This document shows, one piece after another, positions 1 to 8,584 of a stretch of DNA of 64,000 nucleotides. Both the position numbers and the translations under genes were made by a program. Source of the DNA: a virus (Duplodnaviria > Caudoviricetes). The stretch covers positions 32,001-96,000 of IMG/VR virus record IMGVR_UViG_3300005440_000008; one strand, 5' to 3'. The notes under the pieces are model-generated. The model worked only from the letters and a program-made list of their open reading frames with translations. It had not been told where the DNA came from and ran no database searches. Every line of letters begins with the position of its first letter. The first letter of the stretch is position 1.

Positions 1-287
1 TCCGCCAGGAGCTCGCCGAGCCGGGCCTCCTTGGGCCGGACCTCGTAACCGAGGAGGTCGGCGAGCGTGAAGAGGACGGACGCGTTGCCGGTCACCCGCA
101 TCAGCTTGACCAGGTGCTCGTCGTCCGCCGGGAACGGCTTGAGGCTGTCCCCGCCGAGCGTCGTGCGGTGCGACAGCTCCGACGGGGACCAGTCGAGCTC
201 GGCGGCCAGGGCCTTCATGGGCTGCTGGGCGCCCGTGGCGGTCGCGTTGAGCGCCTCACGGATCGTCGGGAACACGTGCCCCGTCAT
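1..287 (-). CDS. CII-like phage regulatory protein (3' truncated by window edge)
   Basis: Manual translation from ATG 287: MTGHVFPTIREALNATATGAQQPMKALAAELDWSPSELSHRTTLGG...LVKLMRVTGNASVLFTLADLLGY; HTH followed by an L..LM..TG....L..LA..LGY pattern; directly downstream of the cro-like gene. Confidence 0.7.
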   Translation of the reverse strand, partial: MTGHVFPTIREALNATATGAQQPMKALAAELDWSPSELSHRTTLGGDSLKPFPADDEHLVKLMRVTGNASVLFTLADLLGYEVRPKEARLGELLA

Positions 288-368
288 CGCGGGCCCCCGG
301 ACGCCGGCAAGCCCGGGCAATTACTTGCCTGGACGTGCCCGGCCGAGTCGCGAAAGAGTGGGCCCATG

Positions 369-587
369 TCAGGCGGCCGCTTCCGCGAAGAAGCTCTCGA
401 GCTTCGCGCCGGTCACGTTCACCATCCGGAGGAGGTTCTCGATAGTCGGCTCCGTGGCGCCGCTCTCCCACTGAGAGACAGCCTGCTTGCTGACACCGAC
501 CCGCTGCGCGAACTCCTGCTGGTTGTCTCCGAGGCCTTCGCGCAGCGCTCGAATCTGATCGGGCTTGAAGGTCAGCACCTGATTCAT
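369..587 (-). CDS. Cro-like XRE helix-turn-helix regulator (72 aa)
   Basis: IRALREGLGDNQQEFAQRVGVSKQAVSQWESGATEP is a textbook XRE HTH; start moved to ATG 587. Confidence 0.9.
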   Translation of the reverse strand: MNQVLTFKPDQIRALREGLGDNQQEFAQRVGVSKQAVSQWESGATEPTIENLLRMVNVTGAKLESFFAEAAA

Positions 588-594
588 GGGCGTG

Positions 595-623
595 AACCTA
601 CCAAGTGCTTGGTTGGTTGTCAA
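595..623 (-). promoter_or_regulatory. Sigma70-type promoter of the cro-like gene with overlapping palindromic operator
   Basis: Minus strand: TTGACA (623-618), 17 nt, TAGGTT (600-595) preceded by TGn; palindrome AACC-T-ACCAAG-TG-CTTGGT-T-GGTT at 595-618. Confidence 0.8.
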
Positions 624-692
624 GACACTTTTTTCTGGCCAGTGTCCGCCCTTGACGCCGTGAAAAAGGTCCCGGCCGGACTCAGTAAGGAC

Positions 693-1073
693 ATGATGGT
701 CAAGCGCGTGGGCGCGTGGCTCGAGTACTATCGTCGCCAGCGCGAGACCGCGCGCAAGAAGCCCATTCCGCATAAGGCCATGGCGGCCGCGGCGGGTGTG
801 TCACCCCAGGCGTATAGCAATGTCGCGAAGGGCGGGACGGTCAGCTTTCAGTCGCTGTTCGCGTACCTCGAGTTCCTCGGGGTGGCGAAGCAGGAGGCGA
901 TGGCGATCCGGCGGCTCCTGGCAAGCTCGCAGATCGACGACGAAGACATCCGGCAGGAACTCGCGCAGGCGGCCAGTCGCGTGCTCGGGAATCTCGACGC
1001 GCCGGGAATCGATCTCACGGAGGACCGGCGGCTGGCTCGTCCGCGGTCGCGGGGACGCACAGCGCTTGGGTAG
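693..1073 (+). CDS. Putative immunity repressor (HTH, no S24 peptidase domain)
   Basis: HKAMAAAAGVSPQAYSNVAKG HTH; divergent from cro; AAGGA just upstream of ATG 693/696; start uncertain. Confidence 0.7.
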   Translation: MMVKRVGAWLEYYRRQRETARKKPIPHKAMAAAAGVSPQAYSNVAKGGTVSFQSLFAYLEFLGVAKQEAMAIRRLLASSQIDDEDIRQELAQAASRVLGNLDAPGIDLTEDRRLARPRSRGRTALG

Positions 1074-1209
1074 CGTGGCGTCGCCCGCTTGCGGCGGCCC
1101 CGGGGCGACGCGATCACTGGCCGCGGTGTACCACCGACGTGGGCGCCGCCGCTCGGTGTCGCCAGATCGTCAGGCGGATGCGCCTGTCGGTGCGGCTGAG
1201 GAGACTGGG

Positions 1210-1488
1210 ATGGGGACTCGTTCGACCCGAGCCGTGATACACGTCCTTACTGCTACCCTCGCGGTCGCGATCCTTCTCACCGCGACGGCAGCCGAGAGCG
1301 CGGGTGGGTACGTCCTTTGGGGCCGCGAGCGCGACACGGGCAAGATTGAGAAGAAGGCGTCAGCCTGGGACTCGATTCGGTGTCTCGAGCTCAAGCGGAC
1401 GCTCGAAGCGAGCGGCGCGCGCTACTGGGACTACGCCTGTGTCAAGGAAGGGCTGGATCCGAAGACCGAAGTCGCGAGGTGGAAATGA
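1210..1488 (+). CDS. Small exported protein
   Basis: Signal-peptide-like N-terminus (VIHVLTATLAVAILLTATAAESA), two Cys. Confidence 0.6.
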   Translation: MGTRSTRAVIHVLTATLAVAILLTATAAESAGGYVLWGRERDTGKIEKKASAWDSIRCLELKRTLEASGARYWDYACVKEGLDPKTEVARWK

Positions 1489-1557
1489 GTTGCGGCTACT
1501 GGTTCCGGCTTTCTACGGCTGACCGAGGCTTCATTCAATGAGATGGGATGCGAGCCG

Positions 1558-1803
1558 ATGCGACGCGTGATCCTTGCCATCGCAGTTGCCGTCGCGGTCG
1601 TCCAGGCTGGCTGTAGCAGGGTGGTCTATCGGAATCCAGATTACACGCCTCAGCTCTGGGCCCGCGACAGCTACGAGTGTGAGCGGGACTCGCGCCAGAG
1701 CGGCTACTTCGGCACCGGCATTCTAGGACAACTCAACATGCTGGAGTTCTATGACCGCTGCCTTGCGGCGCGGGGATGGACGAAGACCCGGGAGCCCAGA
1801 TGA
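1558..1803 (+). CDS. Small lipoprotein
   Basis: MRRVILAIAVAVAVVQAGC lipobox; D.YEC...Y.RCLAARGW motif. Confidence 0.75.
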   Translation: MRRVILAIAVAVAVVQAGCSRVVYRNPDYTPQLWARDSYECERDSRQSGYFGTGILGQLNMLEFYDRCLAARGWTKTREPR

Positions 1804-2591
1804 GGCACTATCGCGCGGCGCGAGTCGGGTTCATCGCGATCGCGGCGCTCACGACCGCCTGCATGTCCACGCCGACACGGCTCGACCCCGATCAGCTTGC
1901 GCGGCTTCGGCAGCTGCCGACGATTCACGTCATCCACTACGCGGCCGCGCCGCTCCTCGCCTTCGGACCTAACGACTTGAATCCTCGGTTCGGGCCAGCA
2001 CTTGCCATCCTGGCGGACAACATGATCGTCTACGAGCAAGCTCGATACCGTGGCGAGCAACTGGCGACCCGTCTAAGACTCGAGGATCCAACGGCGACGG
2101 TTGTGCAAACCGTCCTCGACGATCTCCGGCAGTACGCTGGTTTCAACAATCTTCGCCTAGCGTCCTCCCGATTTCCCTCTGATGCCAACACGTACATCCC
2201 CGATGTCATCGCGCGACTCCGCCAGGCACTGGGCCCAGTGACTGCCTTGGAGTTCACGGCGCCCACGTGGATCCTTGCCAGGGCAGCGCCCGACGACCGC
2301 ATACGGTACCGCGTGAACTACAGCATAGGCGCGCGCATTTGGGATTTGGCGGAGGGTGATCTTCTTTGGACCGGATCAACGCTGTGCGCCACATCCCCCG
2401 CCCTATATCAGGCCGAGGTTGATGGGCCGAGCCTCAGAGCGGAGCTCCTCGCCATGGCCGACCGGTGCAGCAGTGCCTTGACCCAGCAGATCGCGGCTCC
2501 CCTGATCCGCGGTCTAGCTCCCTCGGCCGCGTGTCCGATCGGCCGGTACTGGAACAGTGACGTTGGAGCATGTGTCCGAATCAGTCCGTGA
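1800..2591 (+). CDS. Lipoprotein, unknown function
   Basis: MRHYRAARVGFIAIAALTTAC lipobox; ATGA overlap with previous gene. Confidence 0.7.
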   Translation: MRHYRAARVGFIAIAALTTACMSTPTRLDPDQLARLRQLPTIHVIHYAAAPLLAFGPNDLNPRFGPALAILADNMIVYEQARYRGEQLATRLRLEDPTATVVQTVLDDLRQYAGFNNLRLASSRFPSDANTYIPDVIARLRQALGPVTALEFTAPTWILARAAPDDRIRYRVNYSIGARIWDLAEGDLLWTGSTLCATSPALYQAEVDGPSLRAELLAMADRCSSALTQQIAAPLIRGLAPSAACPIGRYWNSDVGACVRISP

Positions 2592-2597
2592 TCGGTC

Positions 2598-3314
2598 GTG
2601 GCGCTCTCGCCCGTCGCACCGACATCAACGCGGCCCATCGCTAACGTGCCCGTCTTCACGCTCACCTTCCTGAATTCCACGTCCTCCGCGTACCGGGACG
2701 CCGTCCGGCTCGCTCGGATGTTCCGATCGCACCAGGTGATACCCCGCGGCCGTCGGGTCGAGCACCAGGTGACCGTCCACGTAACGCCCGGCGAGCTCGC
2801 CTGGCTCACCGAGCTCTGGCGCCTGGTGGGCGCGTGGAAGGGCACGCTCCTCGTCCTCAACGGAGCGCCGCTCCCCCCGGCGCGCGGCCGCTGGATCCTC
2901 GACTGGCTCGGCTGCATGAGCCGCGCCGCCACCTTCGATCCACCACACCGCTACTGCCGGAGCGGGATCCCGTCTCTCCTCGGGACGGGCTTCGGCCAGC
3001 CGCGGGCCCAGCCGGACTGGTACCCGTGCCGGCTCTGGGCGGAGCGGCACGGCGCCTCGCCGGGCCGCATCAACTGGGCTGACCTGGAGCGCCGCCTCGA
3101 CCAGGTCCGGGCCGCCCTGACCGACCTGGGGCTCGCGGCGTGCCCGTTCCTCGACCTCGAGGCGTTCGCCCACGCGATCCGGGAGTGGGAGCCGGGCCTC
3201 GAGCTGGACGGGCTGAGCGCTGAGATGCCCGAGCCATCGGAGCCGCCCGTCTCGCCGGGCACCCTGGTGGACCTCTTCCTCCGGACCCTCGACGAGCCGC
3301 CCGAGCCCCGCTAA
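2598..3314 (+). CDS. Hypothetical protein with four spaced Cys (possible metal binding)
   Basis: 238-aa ORF in operon context; GCM, YCR, PCR, ACP cysteines. Confidence 0.55.
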   Translation: MALSPVAPTSTRPIANVPVFTLTFLNSTSSAYRDAVRLARMFRSHQVIPRGRRVEHQVTVHVTPGELAWLTELWRLVGAWKGTLLVLNGAPLPPARGRWILDWLGCMSRAATFDPPHRYCRSGIPSLLGTGFGQPRAQPDWYPCRLWAERHGASPGRINWADLERRLDQVRAALTDLGLAACPFLDLEAFAHAIREWEPGLELDGLSAEMPEPSEPPVSPGTLVDLFLRTLDEPPEPR

Positions 3315-3322
3315 ATCTCCGC

Positions 3323-3355
3323 TTGACAGGTTATAAGGCTAGTATTATACTAGCC
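3323..3355 (+). promoter_or_regulatory. TA operon promoter with operator palindrome
   Basis: TTGACA (3323-3328), 17 nt, TATACT (3346-3351); perfect inverted repeat GGCTAGTAT-T-ATACTAGCC (3337-3355) over the -10. Confidence 0.9.
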
Positions 3356-3384
3356 CCAACCTGAGCACGAGGAGAGCGACGGCG

Positions 3385-3741
3385 ATGGCAGACGAGCAGA
3401 GCGGATGGCGGATCGAGTTCTACGTGACGCGCACCGGCGAGACACCGATGAAGACCTTCCTGGTGGGCCTCGCCGGTGACCACAAGGCCCAGGCCGCCGC
3501 GATGCTGGAACGCCTCCGCCGCGAGGGCAATCAGGTGCAGCGGTCCCGCCCCATCGAAACCGGCCTCTTCGAGGTGAAGGGCTATCAGGTCCGGCTCTAC
3601 TTCGTCTATCGCCCGGGACGGCGCATCGTCGTGCTCGACGGTGACGTGAAGAAGCAGGACAAGATCGCCCAGGACGCGCTGAAGCGGATCCGGGCATATC
3701 GACGGGACCTGGAGGCGCGGGAGCAGCGCGGATCGTCGTAA
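3385..3741 (+). CDS. RelE/ParE-superfamily (HigB/Gp49-like) toxin
   Basis: WRIEFY...GETPMKTFL...GLFEVK..QVRLYFVY..GRRIVVLDG.VKKQDK; toxin-first order. Confidence 0.9.
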   Translation: MADEQSGWRIEFYVTRTGETPMKTFLVGLAGDHKAQAAAMLERLRREGNQVQRSRPIETGLFEVKGYQVRLYFVYRPGRRIVVLDGDVKKQDKIAQDALKRIRAYRRDLEAREQRGSS

Positions 3742-3782
3742 CTCGCCCGGACCTGGCCTGGCGGAGAGAGAGGAGAATGGGC

Positions 3783-4142
3783 ATGAACCTCAAGGTGAAG
3801 ATGAAGCGGCCGGAGAAGACCAACGCCGAGGAATGGCTGGATGAGCAGTACGCGAAGGATCCGGGGCTGCGCGATCGCGTCGAGCAGCTTCTGACTCAGA
3901 TGGACCTCGAGGATCAGCTCGTGGCGCTCCGCGAGGCGCGCGGGCTGTCGCAGTCGGCCGTCGCCACGATGATCGGCGTGAGCCAGCCGCGGGTCGCGCA
4001 GCTCGAGGCGGGGCACGTGAAGAACCTGGAGCTCCGGACGCTGCTGCGCTACGTCACCGCGCTCGGCGGGGGCATCAAGATCACAATTCAGAAGCACGCG
4101 CCTGGCAAGGTTGTGGGGATGCGCAAGCGGGCGACTGCGTAA
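3783..4142 (+). CDS. XRE-family antitoxin (HigA-like)
   Basis: LREARGLSQSAVATMIGVSQPRVAQLEAG...L.TLLRYVTALGG; AGGAG RBS. Confidence 0.9.
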   Translation: MNLKVKMKRPEKTNAEEWLDEQYAKDPGLRDRVEQLLTQMDLEDQLVALREARGLSQSAVATMIGVSQPRVAQLEAGHVKNLELRTLLRYVTALGGGIKITIQKHAPGKVVGMRKRATA

Positions 4143-4224
4143 CACGACAATGGCGATGGAACTGAACGCGTCCATCAAGCAGCTCGAGAGGGATCGTCAA
4201 CTGCCACGGACAACATAATCCTCC

Positions 4225-4848
4225 ATGGCCCGCCCCAACCCGCAGGCCGTCCTCGAGCACCTCAAGACGGCGATCCAGCTCCGCGCCACGGTCGTCATCG
4301 TCTACCACGGCGGCAGCCAGCCAGGGGCGAAGCGGAGCATCATCCCTCTTGAGATTCTCGGCCACCATGTTCGGGCGCACGATGTTGCCCGCAAGGAAGA
4401 CAGGACGTTCACCATCGCGAAGATCGAGCTGCCGGCCCAGGAAGTCGAGGCTCCCGTGTACGACCCGAGCCTCACGTCACCGGACGCCAGCGCCGGCAGC
4501 CACACGGTAGTCGAGGTCAATCTCCTCGGCGGTACCTCGATCACCCGACCGGCGCGGCCCGACGAAATCAAGGAGGCGACCGAAGCGCGCTGGGCCAGAC
4601 ACAGGGAGAACCTCGAGGACATCCGAAAGGCGCAGGAGGAGTTCGACCGGAAGCCGGGACCACGCATCACCCTCGAGCTACCTCCTGGGGATTACATCGT
4701 GAGCGTGAGATCCAGGGGCTCTCGGGTCTGGCAAATCTATTCGGACGGGAAGATCGTGGGACCGAGTAGCAAGTTGAAACGCGTCGCGGTGTGGGATGCC
4801 CTCAGCGAATTGACCCTGGCGGCAGAGGTCAAGGAAGGCCTTCAGTGA
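4225..4848 (+). CDS. Stand-alone WYL-domain protein
   Basis: AIQ...VVIVYHGGSQPGAKRSIIP...VRAHD..RKEDRTFTIAKI fits the WYL pattern; no N-terminal HTH. Confidence 0.7.
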   Translation: MARPNPQAVLEHLKTAIQLRATVVIVYHGGSQPGAKRSIIPLEILGHHVRAHDVARKEDRTFTIAKIELPAQEVEAPVYDPSLTSPDASAGSHTVVEVNLLGGTSITRPARPDEIKEATEARWARHRENLEDIRKAQEEFDRKPGPRITLELPPGDYIVSVRSRGSRVWQIYSDGKIVGPSSKLKRVAVWDALSELTLAAEVKEGLQ

Positions 4849-4931
4849 CCTGGCGCGACCTTCTCTTCGCCCTCGCCGTGGGTCTCGGCGGGGCGTGGAT
4901 GATCCTGGGCGCGCTGTGAGCTTCGCCGACG

Positions 4932-5231
4932 GTGGGTCATCGGAGGGCATCATTGCCGCCCACTGATTCCCTGCCGGACTGGTTCTGGTGGCACTACGGC
5001 ACGATCGGCGCGTTGCTCTGGGCCGCGGTCGGCGTCGTGTGGTGGTACGTCGGCGACATCGAGAGCGCGATGGGGACGGTGTGCCGAGCCGTCGGGTTCT
5101 ATGCGTCGTGGGCTGGCTTCGGACTTGCTGCGTTCTGGCTCGTCAGTACCGCCTTCGCGGCAGGAATCATCCTCCTCGTCCTTCCTATCGTGGCCGTCTC
5201 CCGGATGATCGAGCGGCGTAAGGCCAAATGA
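4932..5231 (+). CDS. Small membrane protein
   Basis: Two to three hydrophobic segments, basic C-tail; start uncertain. Confidence 0.55.
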   Translation: MGHRRASLPPTDSLPDWFWWHYGTIGALLWAAVGVVWWYVGDIESAMGTVCRAVGFYASWAGFGLAAFWLVSTAFAAGIILLVLPIVAVSRMIERRKAK

Positions 5232-5452
5232 GCCTCGCCGACGCGATCCTCTACGAGGCCAGCTTCCAGATCTGGCTCGAGGGCGACGCCTGCCACGACC
5301 GGCCCGACAACCGTGAGGGGTGGATCTACCGATCGCCCGAGGAGCGCGTCGCCCTGGCGCTCAAGCACGCGGCCGAGCGGGCAAAGGTCGCGGCGATGAC
5401 GATCCACCGAGGCCCACGCGACCGCCTGGCGGCCCGGAAGGAGCGCGGCTGA
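5228..5452 (+). CDS. Hypothetical protein
   Basis: ATGA and TGATG coupling to both neighbours. Confidence 0.55.
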   Translation: MSLADAILYEASFQIWLEGDACHDRPDNREGWIYRSPEERVALALKHAAERAKVAAMTIHRGPRDRLAARKERG

Positions 5453-5691
5453 TGCGCCGGCCGCGGCTGCCCGACCCTGAGCCCGCGAAAGCCAAGCCGA
5501 TCACCGCCGCGCAGATCCGCGCAATGGCGAAGACGGCGATCGCGCGGCGGGCGCCCGGGCAGGGGAAGAAGGTTACCCTCACCCTCCGGATCACCCTCAG
5601 CCGCGAGCGGGCGGAGCAGCTCTCGGAGGCGGCGATCCGGGAGGAGCGGAACCTCGAGGACCTGGTGGGGGAGATCGTGGAGGGGGAGTAG
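5452..5691 (+). CDS. Ribbon-helix-helix-like DNA-binding protein
   Basis: VTLTLRITLSRERAEQLSEAAIREERNLEDLVGEIV strand-helix-helix pattern. Confidence 0.6.
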   Translation: MRRPRLPDPEPAKAKPITAAQIRAMAKTAIARRAPGQGKKVTLTLRITLSRERAEQLSEAAIREERNLEDLVGEIVEGE

Positions 5692-5709
5692 GTGCGGAGC
5701 GGGGTGGCC

Positions 5710-5738
5710 TTGACCCCCGTGCAGCCGAAGCATAGGAT
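5710..5738 (+). promoter_or_regulatory. Sigma70-type promoter
   Basis: TTGACC (5710-5715), 17 nt, TAGGAT (5733-5738), 9 nt before ATG 5748. Confidence 0.65.
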
Positions 5739-5747
5739 TGGGCCCCC

Positions 5748-6011
5748 ATGGCGATCGGTGATTGGGTGGATGTGCCGACGATACGGTCAATCTGCTCGCA
5801 CGCCTCTGGGGCTGCGGTGAGCCTCCTCGTCTTCGCTGCGCTCGGCACGGTGGCGTCGCTCGCGATACAGAATGCCCGGCTCCGGGTGATCGTCCTGACG
5901 ATAGACGCCGTGGTGTTGGTGGGAATCCTACTCTGGCTAGCCTGGCAGACAGCAGTGCTACTCTGGAACAACAGGATTAAGATCAATGGCTTATCAATCC
6001 TTTGGGTCTGA
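5748..6011 (+). CDS. Two-TM membrane protein
   Basis: Two long hydrophobic stretches; own promoter. Confidence 0.6.
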   Translation: MAIGDWVDVPTIRSICSHASGAAVSLLVFAALGTVASLAIQNARLRVIVLTIDAVVLVGILLWLAWQTAVLLWNNRIKINGLSILWV

Positions 6012-6399
6012 CCTTCTCCGAATGGCGGGCCGGTACCTCCTCGTGGGCGGGTGCTTCGTTCCATGGGGCCTCGGTTACGCCATTGCTGAGCGGTACGGCT
6101 GGGACATCACCCCCGTGCTCCTCGGGACCTTGGCTGGCGGGCTCGTCACGAGCGGGATCGTCTGGGCACGCCTAGCGCCTGCGATCGCGAGTGCCCGTCG
6201 CCTCGGGGAGGGCCCCTCGATGACGGCGGACGTCGAGTTCGACGCTGGCGATAGACCCAGTCTCAGACTGGCCAAGTCGCCCTGGGTGAGTTCCGGAACG
6301 GAGTCGATGGGGGAACACCCTCGCCAATCCACCAAGCAGGTTGGCGGACCCTACATCAACCTGTCCCCTCGAATCCAGTTCGACCTTGCCCGGCAGTGA
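5986..6399 (+). CDS. Membrane protein
   Basis: Two hydrophobic segments; GTGA overlap with next gene; start uncertain. Confidence 0.5.
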   Translation: MAYQSFGSDLLRMAGRYLLVGGCFVPWGLGYAIAERYGWDITPVLLGTLAGGLVTSGIVWARLAPAIASARRLGEGPSMTADVEFDAGDRPSLRLAKSPWVSSGTESMGEHPRQSTKQVGGPYINLSPRIQFDLARQ

Positions 6400-6851
6400 G
6401 ATTCTGGCCGATCCTCGCTGATCACGCTCAGGCCCTCAACGGAAAGCTCTATCTGATGGGTGCCGGGTGGAACATCACCGGCCCTGACCCTACTCCGTTT
6501 GCGGTAGCCGGGGTGCTCGAGCTGGACTGGGATGAGGCCAATCGCCCACATACCCTGCGCATCGAGCTTCTGACGGATGACGGGCACCCGGTCCTCGTCC
6601 CAACGCCCGTCGGCGATAGGCCGGTAGACTTCGGGGGAAATCTCGAAGTCGGTAGGCCTCCAGGCAGCAGGCCGGGTACGTACTTCAACGTACCGATCGC
6701 GATGAACATCAACCCGATGCCAATCCCGCCCGGGGGCCGCTACGTTTGGCGCTTCTCCATTAACGGCGTGTCACAGGACGACTGGCGGCTGCCGTTCTCT
6801 ACGCGGGCCCCCGCACCAGCTCCGCCTCAGCCGGGAGCGCTGCCGGCGTAG
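6396..6851 (+). CDS. DUF6941-like beta-sandwich protein
   Basis: LADHAQALNGKLYLMGAGW...H.LRIELL..DG...GRYVWRFSING pattern. Confidence 0.65.
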   Translation: MRFWPILADHAQALNGKLYLMGAGWNITGPDPTPFAVAGVLELDWDEANRPHTLRIELLTDDGHPVLVPTPVGDRPVDFGGNLEVGRPPGSRPGTYFNVPIAMNINPMPIPPGGRYVWRFSINGVSQDDWRLPFSTRAPAPAPPQPGALPA

Positions 6852-6929
6852 TAGCTGTGGTGCCTACGGCACCACCACCCCGTTGACCTCGAGCTCCACG
6901 CCCGCCGGCACCGTCATTTTCACTCGCGG

Positions 6930-7106
6930 CTATCCGCCGCCGCGTGGCGCCTGAGCGGCCAGGACCCGCTCCGCCGCGTCGCGAACGTTCAGGGTGACCG
7001 TCACGCCCCGATCGGCCAGCGCGGCGCGCAGCGCGTCGACGATCGGGGTCAGCTCTTCGGTGGTCTCGGCTGTCCCCTCGACTACGAAGCAGAATCGCTC
7101 AGCCAT
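6930..7106 (-). CDS. Small hypothetical protein
   Basis: GAGGAGG RBS before ATG 7106. Confidence 0.5.
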   Translation of the reverse strand: MAERFCFVVEGTAETTEELTPIVDALRAALADRGVTVTLNVRDAAERVLAAQAPRGGG

Positions 7107-7132
7107 CGCGTCCTCCTCATGGCGCAGGCGGC

Positions 7133-7851
7133 TTACCGCACGAGCTCGCCGTTCCGCAGGAACCCGTGCCAGTCGCCGCCCTGGATCGAGCCGGCGCCGG
7201 CGGCGCACGTGGGCCCGCCCGACTTCCCCACGGTCACGTCCGGCGGCTCGCCGGTGCGCACCCAGCACCGATGCAGACGGTCATCCTTCAAAGCGCAGTT
7301 CCCCGCCCGGCTGTCGATGTCCCACGGGATCCCGTTCGGGAGGATCACGGACAGGTGCCCGCGAGGATCCACGCAGTCATCCCAGTAGAGACACGTGCGC
7401 GACCGCGGCGCCTCCCACGGCGGTTCAGTGGCCGCGTCCAGCGTCCGAATCGTCCAGTGCAGCCAGGCCGTCCAGTACATGTCGCCGGGCTCGAGGGCCC
7501 CGCTCGGGTCGGGGTGTCATAGCGGCGCTCCGGATGGACCTGGTAGATCGGTCGCTCCATCGGCTCGTCACTGCTCGTGTTGAGGTAGGCACCGTCCGGC
7601 ACCGCGAGCCCGCACTGGTCGCAGCGATCGGGCCAGAGGGTCGGTCGATCGGCATAGGCGTCCGGCCGGTCGTAGTCGCCGATCTGGATGATCGGCGGGA
7701 ACGGGTCGTCGAGCTCCTGGACTAACCGCCTCGCGTCGTGGAACGCCCGCCCGCCGTGGGTGGCCGCGTCGAGCGTGCCCCAGTAGATCCGGAGGAAGAT
7801 GCGCCGGCCGGTCTCCTGCGCGAGCCGCACGCGCACGGCGTCACTGGCCAT
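7133..7851 (-). pseudogene. Cys/His-rich phage protein split by a 5-nt duplication
   Basis: ORFs 7345-7851 and 7133-7480 join in frame (RYDTPSGALEPGDMYW) when one copy of TCGGG-TCGGG (7504-7513) is removed; C-terminus GSIQGGDWHGFLRNGELV. Confidence 0.65.
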
Positions 7852-8386
7852 GTGTCATCGCCTCCCGATGACCACGGAACAGACGGCGGAACCAACCTTT
7901 TCCGTAGACCACTTCCTGCGGGTTGATCTCATACCGCCACGCGCGCCGCGCCGCGTAGCAGTCCACGAGCTCGGCCGGGTTCTTCACAGCCCGTATCGCT
8001 CGGAGTGTCTCCGGCCCCAGGTCGCCGTCCTCGAAGATCCAGTGCTCGGGCGCGCGGTCATTGTTGAGCTCCTGCTGCAAGAGCTTCACGGCGGTGGCGA
8101 GCCCCTGGTTCAGGGCCGCCTCGAACACGAGCAGTCCGAGGCCTTCCGGCAGCTCGTCGCCGTGGATTGGCACCCAACGGTCGCGGTGATGGATGGCGAT
8201 CGCCTGGTCACGGGATGGTGGCCACGGGGAGAGGGTCGGGTAGAACGTCCGCGCGATCCCGTACCAGGTCTCCTTGCCCCGGTCCCGCGGATCGTTCGAG
8301 TGCGTGCCCTCGTGGTCCGGACGGAGCGCGAACTCGACGGCAGCCAGGAAGCGCGGAGTGAATCGAGGAGGCTGAATCGGAGGCAC
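7841..8386 (-). CDS. Endolysin, glycoside hydrolase family 108-like with peptidoglycan-binding region
   Basis: HEGTHSNDPRDRGKETWYGI, NQG...A.KLLQ, DGDLGPETL, YGKGWFRR; GTG start after AGGGG. Confidence 0.9.
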   Translation of the reverse strand: MPPIQPPRFTPRFLAAVEFALRPDHEGTHSNDPRDRGKETWYGIARTFYPTLSPWPPSRDQAIAIHHRDRWVPIHGDELPEGLGLLVFEAALNQGLATAVKLLQQELNNDRAPEHWIFEDGDLGPETLRAIRAVKNPAELVDCYAARRAWRYEINPQEVVYGKGWFRRLFRGHREAMTHGQ

Positions 8387-8513
8387 GCCCCTACCCTTTC
8401 TCGGACCAGCCGCAGCCCGGACAGGCCCAGGGCTGCGCGGGATCCGTCTTGCGGAGCACGGCACGACACGCCGGACATCGGCGCGTCCAGATCAAACCGA
8501 AGCGAATGCAGCC

Positions 8514-8554
8514 CAAACTGGCCAACCCTCCAAATTGATCAAATCGTCAAACTG
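8514..8554. repeat. Three CAAAYTG boxes at 17-bp spacing upstream of the endolysin
   Basis: CAAACTG 8514, CAAATTG 8531, CAAACTG 8548 in an AT-richer intergenic gap. Confidence 0.5.
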
Positions 8555-8584
8555 ACACGATGCGTGACCGCCAGCCGGTTGCGG

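Noticed and set aside
114-692. Long N-terminal extension of the repressor ORF
   Set aside because: Overlaps the cro and cII-like genes on the opposite strand; the HTH begins after about 693
3325-3355. dif/Xer-like site (TATAA-N8-TTATA)
   Set aside because: Right arm does not match the XerD consensus; better explained as the TA promoter/operator
6864-6923. Tiny - strand ORF (MKMTVPAGVELEVNGVVVP)
   Set aside because: Too short to support; may be a gene remnant
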